A DNA stretch of 64,000 nucleotides from Utricularia gibba (Eukaryota; Plantae; Magnoliophyta). Numbering within the stretch: the first letter of the stretch is position 1; each line of letters starts with the position of its first letter. The DNA lies in assembly GCA_002189035.1 (NCBI GenBank), contig NEEC01000013.1:1798001-1862000 (forward strand), written 5' to 3'. Position numbers and translations under genes: made by a program. Below are positions 26,053 through 37,841 of this stretch, piece by piece. The notes under the pieces are model-generated. The model was not told the DNA's origin and made no database searches. It saw only the letters and a program-made list of their open reading frames with translations.

Positions 26053-26369
26053 ATTTTATACATATTTAATGTTTTTTTTCGAAATAAAATTATAGATTTA
26101 GGTTTAGATTTAGATTTAGAGAGAATTTATTTGTTTTTAAATTACGTGCCAGCTTTCACTGTCAGGATTGTGGGGGCCCATGTTGGGGGCTGCGGGACGC
26201 CACTAGGGGGCCCACTCCGAGCCCAAATTATATGACTGGAAGAGCAAAAAGGAATTAAAGCCCCATGTTTAATAATTTTTTAAATTAGGTACGATTTTCG
26301 TACAAATTATTATTTTAAAATAATTTAGGTTATTTAAATCCACACCTTTTTGTTCGTTTTGCTTTTTCA

Positions 26370-26826
26370 CCTAAATATCCGGATCCCGACCCGGTTTTGT
26401 ATCCGAGTCCAAGACACTCTATAGCCTATGAAATAAATTCTTATGGAAAAATATTGTAAAAAAGCATTTTTGTTATCAAACACAAAGAATTATTATTTTA
26501 AAAAACCATAAATTTTAAACCTTTTATTATTTTTAAGAACCCAAATTATGATTTATTGTAACCATTTTTCAAAAATTATTTTTTGAGAAATAGAATCTAA
26601 TTAAAAAAAACTCAAGAATATGGTTAAGACCCACCGGTTTGACCCGATACCGGAACCGTTCATACTATCAATTAGAGGTGATTATTAGGATTAACCGAAT
26701 TAAAACTAAACTTAAATCAAATCAAACCAATAACCAAAATCGAACGGAATTTTTCGATTTAGGTTCGGTTCAATGTGTTCGGTTAATTGGTTTTTTCGAT
26801 TACTAACCTAAATTTGTTCAGCCCTC
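26370..26826. mobile_element. Degenerate non-autonomous hAT-like (MITE) remnants
   Basis: ACCCG/CCGG motif clusters at ~26375-26410 and ~26628-26660; AACCGAA/TTCGGTT-rich segment bounded by TAGAGGTG (26673) and CAGCCCTC (26819-26826). Confidence 0.35.
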
Positions 26827-28430
26827 CTACCAATTTGAAGCTTAGGTATGCATCACTAACCACATTAATTATTATTAAATAATGCTAACGAAGTTATCAA
26901 TTATTATTAATATTTATTATTAATTTTGGAATAAAATTTGGGATGGGTGAAGAAGGCCCGGTAGGTACGCCATAAAGCCTAGCAGTAAAAAAAAATTACC
27001 GTTGGTGATTACCAGAGAAAATAACCCAGTTCACTGACATAAAAAACCTTTACACCTTAATAAAAACACATTCTTTTTTTGTTTGTTTTTTGCAAGCTGT
27101 GATATTTATTGTTTTTGTATTATAAAATAAATAATGCAGAAAACAGGATATTAATAATTAAAAAAAATGAATTTCCCCCAGTAGTATTATTTTTATTAGG
27201 TGGGTCTATTGGAATGGATTTTACTTTGAGTAGGAGCAGGGTGGTAGATAACAGTCATGTGGGGCCATAAATTCGAGCTTCCGTACGGATACAGAATTAA
27301 ATACATCACTAATGACCATGCTGATTATTGAGACATAATCCAGAGCTCGTCGTCGTCTTCCCCTTTGGTCAAGCGCCTGCGTTGCTGCTGCGTTTATTTG
27401 TATTGGTGCAGATTAAGCAGAGTGTGTACTGGGTTTAACAGGTTGAGTTTCATTTATGTTTTTTTGTAAGAAAAAAAGAAAATGGTAAGGTGTTGTTTAG
27501 GAGAGAGCAAGGAGAATTTGGAAAGCTATTGCACTGGGGTTTCTTTTCGTTTGCGCGCACGCAAAGCCAAAATGGCAAGCGTATAGCGAAGGATCTCTGG
27601 GAACCCGTTAAAGGAAAGAAATAACGGAAGAATTAGTTGTAGTTTTTCAGAGGGTATTAATCCAAACCCCCTGCTTTCCATCTTTATCCTGACACTTCTG
27701 TATCTTATCACTTTGCTGCTGCTGGGTGGATGGGCTCTGGTTTATCCAAAATTCAAATGTCGAAAATGTAATATAACTCCACCCCACGACTGGTTTTTTA
27801 CTGGATGTGTGTTACTCCTTTGTTGTTGATGGTTTCCTGGTCAGAGTTCCTCTTATTTGCCCCACTATGAGCCAGATCTATCGATTTAGGCCCGTTGGGG
27901 AGCCAATGCGAGATGGGTGCTGTGGTTTTTGCTCCCTATTTTTGAATCTTCGAGGAGTATTGGAAGCCGGGTGTGTGTCGATCTGATTTCTGGAGATTTT
28001 CTGTTCCGAAAGTTTTGATTTTTATGGAGTTTTGGTATGCAACTCAATGTGGTTTCTTTTCTTTTTTTTTTCTTCTTCAGTTTCAATTTCAAGTAAGCTG
28101 CTCTTACAAATTGCTTTATCTGTATCTAACTTTTTGACCATTTTGGGAGAGTTACCGGATCTCGTGTTCCAGGAATATAATAAGCTGCATTTGGGTTCTT
28201 CAGTGCTGTTACTGCCTCCTCCTGTTTCTCTGTATTTCGGCAATTCAATGAATGTGCAGTAGTAGAATTGGGATGTAATTGGATTACCAAAGCGCCCCTC
28301 TCTGATCCCAGAATTCTATGCTCCTGATTCCTTTGTTCTGAATCCGATTCACACATCTTCATTTGTTGTGTTTCCCTTGTGCAGCTGGTGAAGCAGGAGG
28401 AATATGCATATCAGCTTTGGATCCATTAAC

Positions 28431-29726
28431 ATGCTGGAAGATAGGAGCTGTCTGGTTTCCAGGATCTGTGAGCATACCTGGCTATGCCGGAGCTACAGCC
28501 TCGGGAAGGCAGCCGGCGCTCGATGGAGCAAGCGGCCAGTGGAGGAGGGGATGAATGAGGATCTGGTGGAAAGGGAAAGCAAGCAACCAGACTCTGAGAT
28601 CCCTGGTGCGTTCTGTTTGTCTCAATCAGCCACACAGTTCCATCGCGGCGAAAACTCCCATTTGAGTTCCTTGATACCCGCCATTGGGAGGGATAACTCC
28701 ATCAGCTGTTTGATCAAATGCTCAAGAGCTGATTATGGTTCAATTTCTGCGTTGAACCGGAGTTTCCGATCGCTTATCCGGAGTGGGGAGCTCTACAAGC
28801 TGAGAAGGTTGAACGGCGTGGTGGAGCATTGGGTCTACTTCTCACGCCAGTTGCTGGAATGGGAGGCTTTCGATCCGGCTCGGCGGCGCTGGATGCATCT
28901 GCCAAGGATGAATCCTAATGACTTTTTCGTGTTCTCTGATAAGGAGTCCTTGGCGGTTGGCACTGAGCTGCTGGTCTTTGGCCGGGGTCTCACGTCTCAT
29001 GTCATCTACAGCTACAGCTTGTTAACAAATACATGGATAACAGGGAAGAACATGAACTCACCAAGATGCTTGTTTGGGTCAGCAAGTCTCGGCGAGGTTG
29101 CGATTCTGGCCGGCGGCTGCGACTCTCGTGGCCACATTTTGAGCTCTGCGGAGATGTACAACTCCGAAACCGGGGTCTGGACCACGATACCAAGCATGAA
29201 GAAGCCAAGGAAGATGTGTTCAGGTGTTTTCATGGACGGTAAATTCTATGTGGTGGGAGGAATAGGAGGTGCCAATTCTCAGCTCCTCACATCCGGAGAG
29301 GAGTATGATTTAGAGACCAGAACATGGACTGAGATCCCCAACATGTCTCCGGTCGGCACCCGTTCTGCAAGAGATAACGAGCTCCCGGCGACATCAGAAG
29401 CACCACCCTTGATTGCTGTTGTCGATAACCAGCTCTATGCAGCAGATTATGCTGAAATGGAGGTGAAGAAGTATGATAAGGTTAGTAGAATCTGGCAAAC
29501 TGTAGGGCAGCTACCGGAGCGAGCTGATTCTATGTATGGCTGGGGGCTGGCTTTCAGGGCATGTGGAGATCGCCTGATTGTCATCGGAGGCCCTCGCAAT
29601 GCCAGTGAAGGTTACATAGAAGTCAACTCCTGGACTCCTCAGGAATCCTCTTTGCCACAATGGGAATTGCTGGGTAGCAAACAGTCCGGGAGTTTCGTGT
29701 ATAACTGCGCTGTGATGGGATGCTGA
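28431..29726 (+). CDS. F-box/kelch-repeat protein, SKIP11-like; intronless CDS, intron(s) in 5' UTR
   Basis: IGRDNSISCLIKCSRADYGSISALNR F-box, kelch repeats (PRCLFGSAS, PRKMCSGVFMDGKFYVVGG), C-terminal FVYNCAVMGC. Confidence 0.96.
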   Translation: MLEDRSCLVSRICEHTWLCRSYSLGKAAGARWSKRPVEEGMNEDLVERESKQPDSEIPGAFCLSQSATQFHRGENSHLSSLIPAIGRDNSISCLIKCSRADYGSISALNRSFRSLIRSGELYKLRRLNGVVEHWVYFSRQLLEWEAFDPARRRWMHLPRMNPNDFFVFSDKESLAVGTELLVFGRGLTSHVIYSYSLLTNTWITGKNMNSPRCLFGSASLGEVAILAGGCDSRGHILSSAEMYNSETGVWTTIPSMKKPRKMCSGVFMDGKFYVVGGIGGANSQLLTSGEEYDLETRTWTEIPNMSPVGTRSARDNELPATSEAPPLIAVVDNQLYAADYAEMEVKKYDKVSRIWQTVGQLPERADSMYGWGLAFRACGDRLIVIGGPRNASEGYIEVNSWTPQESSLPQWELLGSKQSGSFVYNCAVMGC

Positions 29727-30140
29727 TGATCGATCCATCTACAGCACCATTTGTTATAGAGCACAGAAGTCATATAATCTTTCTTCAATTATTTAGGAAA
29801 GCAGGTACTGAAATCACATTCAAATTCTGGTCATGGATGGGATATGTTAAACGTGCACTCAGAACTTCCACATCTTCCTTTCTTATTAAAGGAATTCTTT
29901 GAATGGAACCTGGGATCTTGTGCTTTGGAATTGGTTTGAGATGTTCTGCTGGCTTGGATTCTTCGTATTCCTTCATTTCTGACAAGAAGATAGTTTTTGT
30001 AATGAAAACACTTGGTCATCACATAAATTATAAACCTTGAGATCTTATGTTGTTCGAACACAGGTTATGTGCTTTATTTTTACCATTAGTTCAGGGTACA
30101 ATTGCTTCAAGCAGTGATACAGCGATCAGCCTGGCCTTGA

Positions 30141-31493
30141 TCACAAAAGGATCCTATTCTTGATGTCTGAGAAGTTGCCCACATCTGTTCCCCATAACCT
30201 GTATGTGCAAATTCAACTACTTTGCTTTGAAGTTCTTCTGTAAACCAGAGAAAAATTTGAATATAAAATGAAGGAAAAGCTTACCAGCAATGAATCCCCA
30301 CAGCATTAGCTCCCTCTTTGTCAGCCGTTACATCATCTCCAACATGAACTGCTTTCTCTGCCTCCACAGAAATCGCATCTAGTGCTGCTTTAAAGATCTT
30401 CTTGTCTGGCTTTTCGTATCCAACCTCTGAAGATATGATGACTGCATCAAATCTTTAATAAGGAATTTTCAGAATCCCTGATCACCAGAGCTACTGTTGT
30501 AGATAAGCAGCTAGAAATGAAATGACCATGGAAACTCACAGATGTAATACATTGAGGTCCTCGAGTAGCTTCCTCAGGCGGGAGTCAAAGTTGGATACTA
30601 CCGCAAGTTTTACTGCAAAATCATTTAACTAATCACACTTTCTGATGCCAAACTTCATGATCGAGGTGCTGATTTCTTCAAAAAATGGTTGATGCTCACT
30701 CACCCCCATGGTCGTGAAGACACAGGAGAGTATCAGAAGCCCCTTCAGGAAGACGCCATGCATCTCCATGAGCATAGTACTGATACAGATTGCATAGTAG
30801 AAACAGGGTTATTACTAAAAAAAAAAAAAAAAAAAAAAAAGGATCTGCCCGATAAAGAAACCAACAATCAAACACCTGATAGACCTCTTCGAAGTAATCG
30901 GGATTTTCACTGCCAGTGGCTTCAGAAACCACAAGCTTCCAGAATGGCTTACCATCTCCCTATTAGAGCAGATCAGTATAAATAATTCTTTGGTCAAATT
31001 TCATGGTTATGTTTCGAATCCAACAAATGAAGATTGAAGATTTTGTAATTCAGAAGGAGAAAACCTGATAACGCAGTTTCCCGGACCATGGAGCGGAAAA
31101 AGCTTTTCTGAAACCTTGTTTGATATCAGCTGCGGTAGCTTCTACCCCTGCAATCAGAGATTGTTCAGAAACTATACTATATCAAAGAAACCGCGGTGAA
31201 TGAATTACCCACCGTATTTCCGGCCGATCCTCAAGTAAGTTTCTTCAACAGGCTTCGCTAATTGCAGCAATGTTCCTCCCGCATCCAGCAGCAATCCATC
31301 ATACCCCTTCTCAGCTTTCGCTCTTCACCTAGTCACAAATTCATTCAAACATCGTACACTGCATTGGATTCAAAGGATCAATGAAACCTGTAAGAATTCC
31401 GGAGCAGGAAGAACATCTAATGGGAAATGAAATCGGCATCGGCAGGCGGAGAATCGGAAGTTTGAATATCCTGGAGACGGAGAGGGCTTGCAT
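30141..31493 (-). CDS. HAD-superfamily hydrolase (HDHD3-like) with probable transit peptide; multi-exon; apparent frameshift at 31304-31307
   Basis: [13 protein letters not shown] (motif I), [38 protein letters not shown]; canonical introns. Confidence 0.9.
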
Positions 31494-31711
31494 TGATTCA
31501 TAGAAATCTCCCAGTTACGTCAGAGGAAGCCCTAAATTGGATTTAGTTTAACAAGGAGTTTCTTCTATGACACCATTCATATTGTGGAGATTCCACAGTA
31601 AAAAAAACACAGCTTTGGAGTACATAATGAACTGATACAACATTACAAATGAATTCTTTGTTTCTCCTGATTCTTTTTCATCCATGGCCGCTAGTCAGAA
31701 GCTTCATTGCG

Positions 31712-33958
31712 TCAGTGAGCAGATGTAGAGTTACCAGCAACCCAGTATTGCTTAACAGCAACCAGAATTTTCTGAGGTACAAGAGGGCCATCTTCGTGAT
31801 CAACCATCTTGGAGTCCCATCTCATGCCTCCTAACATCTTCTTCACCTTTACGAGGACGTCCACATCGTCGCGGAGTAGGACGGCCCCTTCCGGCCGGAG
31901 AATCCGGTCCATCTCCAAGAGAATGTCTCCCAACTCACACCTGTGAAACTTAAACTTCAGCATGATGCTAGCAGAATGGATGCTAATCGAGATATGCTGT
32001 TTTCTCATGTCAATGGTGACTTACTTGTCCTTGTACAGCCTGAAGACACCATCACCATGGATGAGATCATACGTCCTTGGGTATGTTGAAAAAGCTTCAC
32101 ACCTGATCAGGTGAAAAAGAATCAGCAGAACTTTAAGCAGTACAGGCGGAAAATCTTGTTGCAATGAGGAAGACATACCAGTCATGATAAATGCCAATCA
32201 ACCCTCTTTCGTAGATTACACCAAGAGTGTTTTTTTCTGAGATTGTAGGTACGACATTCATGACCCACGATTTGGGGGATTGGAGGGCAGCAGCGAATCC
32301 TCCAAGGCCAGCATTCATATCAAGGATGTTCCGGTAGCGTCCAGTGTCAAGCAGCTTGTTGATGTTTCTGTAGGCATTAACGTGTTTCTTCCATTGCTTG
32401 CTATCATCTTTGTAGGTCTCAGCTGATACTCCAGAGTTGGAGCCACTAGCAATTCTTGGTGGAACAGCATAGAGCCTCTCAGGGAATGGTTTTAAATCCT
32501 GTGATGTGTCACCCGCAGTAGCAGCAGTGATGCATTGCTCCATTTTCTTATACCTGGTTACACCAAGAAGATTTGAACAAAGATTGAAGCATAAGATCTT
32601 TTCAGATATCAATGGAACAAGAGATCCTTACCAAACATTATCAGCATCTTCTGGTCGACAGGCTTCTACTCCAGCATTCTGTTGTGCTGCACGACAAGAA
32701 TCGGCATTCTTGGACTTCTGCCACACAGCGATTTCACCATGCTCAAATTTCTTCTCCCAGCAGAGAAGTTTAGCGATTTCCTCAATCTTCCTTTGTTCTT
32801 CTTCAAGCTCTTCTTTTGGTCGTTTCCATGCAACATAGTTCGTCTTCCAATTAATAGGAGGGCCAGACAGAACCCAATAACCACCAGGCCTGAGTACACG
32901 ATCGACTTCCTTCATATAAAGTCCATCTGCAAACAGAAGCCATTAATGACAAAAAAAAGTAACTTCGGATCGAAAACTTCAAAAGCTATTACTCCCACCA
33001 TTTGCACCCCATGGTATAAGACAACGGGAGCAATGTGCCATGTCAAAAGCCGCAGATGGATACGGCATCTTTATTGTTCCAAGAACACCAATGACAGCAG
33101 GTACCCCCCTTTCAAGAGCAAACTGTACCTGAGCTTCATGCGAGTCTCTTGGTGCAAAGGACATTGCTATGACATTTCTTTTCCAAAGATATGCACCCCA
33201 GCTAGCAACCTTGCGTAATTATTCATAAAACACAGCATTAAGAACAGTTACGAAGGCAGTCCTCACAGTTAGAATAAGAACCAAGAAGCAAGATAGAAAC
33301 GATGTGATTAAAAACATACCCCACACCCAGTATCGAGGGCAGTCCTCACAGTTCCATCTGCAATTGGTATAACTGATGCAAGATTATCGATGTACTTATC
33401 GGCACCTTGAGGGAACTGTGTCCCCCCACCAGGAAACCGAAATACATTGCCTTCATATTGAACCCAATTTTGAATAGCCTTCTCCACAGTCAGGCTTTTG
33501 TAAGGGGCATTGGCAAAGGGGACATAATCACGACTCTTGGGCCATGGAAATGGTGTAACATACCCTTGAGGAGCAGGAATCAGGCAATGCAACTTTTCAC
33601 CTTCAGGTGGGCAGTGTCTCTCACGGTAGATCATGTTTTCCCTTGGAAAGGTCATTGCACGGCCTTGATCATGGCAAGGCGTGTAATCTGTGTACCGTGA
33701 ATGACATGGCTTGTAGATGACTATTTTAGAATCGGATTCCTCAGCTTTACCAACATGATGGGTTTCGAAATCAAGGTTGGGTAGAATGTTACACTTTGTG
33801 GCAGTCTGAGTTACTGCCAATGCAATGCTGTCTCCTCTCCCAATGCCACTCTTTTGCCATGCTCCAATGATGTAGAAGAAAAGGCACAAACCAGACACTA
33901 TGAAAATCGATAAAGAACTCCTGATCTTACTGTTACCTGACTGAAACCTGTTCGCCAT
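31712..33958 (-). CDS. PMT2: Golgi SAM-dependent pectin-methyltransferase-family protein (DUF248), PMT2-like; 6 coding exons plus 5' UTR intron
   Basis: N-terminal [84 protein letters not shown]. Confidence 0.95.
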
Positions 33959-34831
33959 TGCAGCCTGTAAAGAATGATGTTAAAACTAAAAAGCGCAAAA
34001 TGTTGAACATCTTGCAATAAATATGCAATCAACACCTGTTATATTCAGCTAAGTTAATTTCCCGAATGTAGAAATACAAACATTCTTCAGATTGGATATA
34101 TTAGGTAAAAGTTGGGAAAACACCAGGCAAATGGCATTTTCAATTCATCACAACTAGGTATCAGTTTCATGAAGAACAAAATAGTACAGCCTCAAAACAA
34201 GTAGACGCAGCAAAACAATCGCATAAAAAAAAAGTCGTCTTTTATCTCATAATAAAAAAAATCCAGAAACTCAACAAATCTGCGGAACGGAAAGCGATAA
34301 GAAGACGAAGAATCACACTTGCCCAGACAGAACAATCCCAACTAAAACCACAAACAGTACAAAAAAGAAGCTTTCCGCGACCCCGATGAAACTTCTACAA
34401 GAAACATGACACGGTGAATCAACATACCAGTCACATCAACTGAAGCATCAACGCGGACTCTCCTCGAGCGTCTCAGTTACAGAAATGAGAAGAAGGTTCG
34501 ATCTCCAAAAATGGAATAAGCCAGAAAACACACTCTATAGCTCCAAGAAGGAATCCTAAATCCGTCTCCTCGCCGGAGAATTGCAGTGTGTAACCATCGA
34601 GCTTTCAGAGTCCGTGAAATTACTCCTCCATTCTTCCCGTCTTCTGAGTGAGTTTTTGTAATCGTATTTAAAACCAAAAAAAAGAAAAAAAATTCTTTTA
34701 TATTTAAATAAATGACGATGTGCACTCCCTTGTGGGCCCCATCTAGGGAAATAAAAACGCGCTCTGGAAAGCGGTTACCATTTCGCTGTTGTTTTGCTGG
34801 AAATATTATTTAATTTATTACAAATTAAATC

Positions 34832-34854
34832 ATATATATATATATATATATATA
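34832..34854. repeat. (AT)n microsatellite
   Basis: About 23 bp perfect AT run. Confidence 0.9.
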
Positions 34855-35062
34855 CTGAAAATTAAATAATAAATAATAAAATTATCGGAAATTAAAAGTC
34901 AGAACATTGGTTTCCAGGTCAAAGACGCGATCCATTTACGGATGCAACATCTCATTCACACCGACAAATATCGTTGCGGGGTCTGCTTCGGGTGATGGCG
35001 GAAATCGACGGTTGAGATGGAAGTCAAGATGGGATTACATTAATCGTGACTTTGAGTGGATC

Positions 35063-35139
35063 AAACCCTGGCCCACGGATCCAATGGGCCCATTAGTATT
35101 CGGTATAGTAATGGGCCCACTGGACCAAATGAAGGCCCA
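35063..35139. promoter_or_regulatory. Telobox plus cluster of four site II (GGCCCA) elements
   Basis: AAACCCT 35063-35069; TGGCCCA 35069; TGGGCCCA 35085 and 35112; GGCCCA 35134. Confidence 0.5.
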
Positions 35140-35391
35140 TTATCGGCGGCCCTGTCCCTATCCATGTACAATAAAAATGGATTCAGTTTCTTATATTAAA
35201 CGAGCGTGGGGGACAGAACAATATTCGAATTTTGAATTTGATTTAAAAAATAAAAATTAAAAAAAGATCAAATTTGGAAAAAAAAAATACAAAATTTCCA
35301 CGAAATTTTGGGACGCTTATATTGATATACAAGGATTGCTTCCAGTTTCCATGAACAAAATACACAGTTGGGTTATTCGGGTGGTTGATGA

Positions 35392-36927
35392 TCATGTGTT
35401 TTGTAACTGTTCTGGTTGCTCGTTTCCTCTGTTTCTTCTTCGAGCTCTTGTTGCCATTTTCTGGCCATACCGAGCAAATATATCTGCCATATCAAACAAC
35501 CCAACTTCTCTCAACTTTGCATCCATTGCATCAAACATTGCAATGCTTTCTTCATTGGAAAAGCAATGCAGGAACTTGTTGTAATCAAATCGCGGCACTT
35601 CAACACCCCTGTCCATCACCCTCTCCACATACTTAGTTGCCTCTAGTAACTTCCCGGCCTTGATCAGGCCTCCTACGAAGATGGTGTCGAAGTTTACCAG
35701 CGGATCGTCACCTCGGCGCCCTCTCTTACCCAGATGGCCCTGCAGGAGCATCACGTAAGTATGCATTGTCGGTTCACATCCTTGTTTTATCATCTCCCTG
35801 AAAACTTCTGTGGCTTCACTTGGTTTCTTTAGCTTCAATAGCCCCTTGATCATCCCATGATATACTGATATGTCAGCATTTTCCACTTGTTTTAGAACAT
35901 TATAGGCCTCATTCACCCTTCCTCTTGTCAGAAGCATGTAAATGATGGAGCCCCATATCGCATTATCAGGTTTTATTCCCCTCATTTGCAGCTCCTGGAA
36001 AACTCTGTAAGTTTCCACCGTTTTACCTTTCTTGCATAGCCACTTGATCACCAGCTGATATGTAGAGAAGGCCATGTTTTCTTCTTTAATTGATTCGAAA
36101 AGACGAATTCCTTCATCGATCTTATTGTTCTTGAACAGGGTTTCCAGCATTGCCTCCACAGCACCAACATCTGGATCAAATCCTTCTTCTACCATCAAAT
36201 TCCACATCTTGGAGGCTTCAATCAGATCACCCACGTCGCAGAAACCATTTATCAAACACCTGTAGGTTTCTCTATCGGGAGTAATCCAATCTCTTGATTT
36301 GAAAACCACATGCTTTGCCTCCAGCACAAGCTTGTTTCTGCACAAACAATCAATCACCTTGTTGAAGGTCTCAGCTTTACACTCATACCCAAAACCTTTC
36401 ATCAGATGAAAGAATTCGACGCATTTCTTTAACTCCCGTGCAGAAGCTAGAGTTCTCAAGGCAATTATACATGTCTTAAGGTTGACCAAACGTTGTTCTC
36501 CCATGTCCCTGCACAGATCCCAGAAAAGATCAATATTTCTCGACTTCCCCACGGCATCAAGCATCTTGTTGAATGTGATCGAATTGTGGGCAAAATTCCG
36601 CTGAGAGATCGAAAACAAGTGAAATCTGTAAATGGGTCGCCAAGAGTATGAGAATTTGTTGCAAACTTGGAGGAAAAACTCGTGCGTGAGGTCGAACTCT
36701 GTTTTATCAAGGTTGGAGTGAAGTTTGGCATCAGGAGAATGCTGCTGTTGGTAGAGAATTGTCCAGACTCTGAGGAGGTTGGAAGCAGACACCGGACCCT
36801 GTGGCCCTGGAACAGGTGCCGGAGCTGCATCGCCGCCATTAACTTTTCCGGCTGCGGCGGTGGAGTTTCGGAAGTGGAGTTGTACTCGGGTTTTGGCTGC
36901 TGTTGTCAAAATTTTGGGCCGATGCAT
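35392..36927 (-). CDS. P-class pentatricopeptide repeat protein (511 aa from ATG 36927), intronless
   Basis: Tandem PPR motifs (TYRCLINGFCDVGD, YHGMIKGLLK, TYVMLLQGHLG); N-terminal LLRVWTILYQQQHSP..LTHEFFLQVCN. ORF-track start 36993 is a GTG within the BTF3 relic. Confidence 0.93.
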   Translation of the reverse strand: MHRPKILTTAAKTRVQLHFRNSTAAAGKVNGGDAAPAPVPGPQGPVSASNLLRVWTILYQQQHSPDAKLHSNLDKTEFDLTHEFFLQVCNKFSYSWRPIYRFHLFSISQRNFAHNSITFNKMLDAVGKSRNIDLFWDLCRDMGEQRLVNLKTCIIALRTLASARELKKCVEFFHLMKGFGYECKAETFNKVIDCLCRNKLVLEAKHVVFKSRDWITPDRETYRCLINGFCDVGDLIEASKMWNLMVEEGFDPDVGAVEAMLETLFKNNKIDEGIRLFESIKEENMAFSTYQLVIKWLCKKGKTVETYRVFQELQMRGIKPDNAIWGSIIYMLLTRGRVNEAYNVLKQVENADISVYHGMIKGLLKLKKPSEATEVFREMIKQGCEPTMHTYVMLLQGHLGKRGRRGDDPLVNFDTIFVGGLIKAGKLLEATKYVERVMDRGVEVPRFDYNKFLHCFSNEESIAMFDAMDAKLREVGLFDMADIFARYGQKMATRARRRNRGNEQPEQLQNT

Positions 36928-36951
36928 TTGAGGAGAAATTTCGCTGGTGAC

Positions 36952-37037
36952 TTTGGAAATGTTCACCTCCTCAATGGCTGATGTGGCTTTCACCCCATTC
37001 TCTTTAAGGTGCTTTGGCGCCTTTCGTCATCGGTTGT
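36952..37037 (-). pseudogene. BTF3: BTF3 / NAC-beta (nascent polypeptide-associated complex beta) fragment directly upstream of the PPR gene
   Basis: TTDDERRQSTLKRMG[V]KATSAIEEVNISK versus remembered plant BTF3 TTDDKRLQSTLKRIGVNAIPAIEEVNIFK (22/29 identical); one missing base in G4 run (plus CCCC 36993-36996); similarity ends abruptly at ~36952. Confidence 0.85.
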
Positions 37038-37542
37038 GCACAACCCTCTTCCCACTCGAAAGTTATCATTCCATTTACCGAGAACTTTTTGGGAGCAAAC
37101 TGCACCTTTTTTTCCATAATCCACAGTCAACAAATATTGCAGAAAGAGATTATTTAAAAACCACGTTCATCTGAACACCAGCAACTGAGGCTCCACTGAG
37201 AAACCTATACTGATGGTGAGCATCAACATACTAATTCCAGTTGCATCCGAGCTTCTACTTCCCAGTGCAAACTTTTGCAGATGAAGAGATACAAATCACA
37301 CAACAAGATTTTTCACAACAGAGTTCAATTCCATAAACGGAGGCCCCAACAGAGTAATACGCAGATTCCCAAACCCAATCTCCAACAGCCTCCAAATCTG
37401 ATGATGGGTAGGTGCACAAAAGTGAGCAAGAGAAAATGAAAAATGGAGAAGAAATCCCAATCAACCTTGTAGCAGCAGAGAGCCCTGAATGCGCGAAACA
37501 AGAATTGAAGAAGGGGTTTAAGAGAATTCAATTGAGAAACAA

Positions 37543-37758
37543 AAACCCTAGCTGAAGCGATGATGAGAGGGTATTTTGGGTATTCGCACTCCATCAATGG
37601 GCTAGGCCGAGAGTAACTAGTCAAGTAGGCCCAAATGTGGCCCAACTATTTTCAGCAACAAAACTGCGCAAGCGGAATTCTGGCTTCTACAAGAAGCCCA
37701 AACCAATTTGAAAGGCCTGATCCTTTTTGAAGCCCCGCCCATAATTGTTTTAGGGTTT
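37543..37758. promoter_or_regulatory. Bidirectional telobox / site II promoter between the BTF3-PPR locus and RPS8
   Basis: AAACCCTAG 37543, TGGGCT 37598, GGCCCA 37628 and 37639, AGCCCA 37695, TAGGGTTT 37751; divergent genes on both sides. Confidence 0.65.
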
Positions 37759-37841
37759 CTATTCATCCCATTTCAGCGGCAGCACTCAGACAACACACAA
37801 CAACAGAGAAGGATTGTTAGGCAGCCGCCGGGTGATCAATC

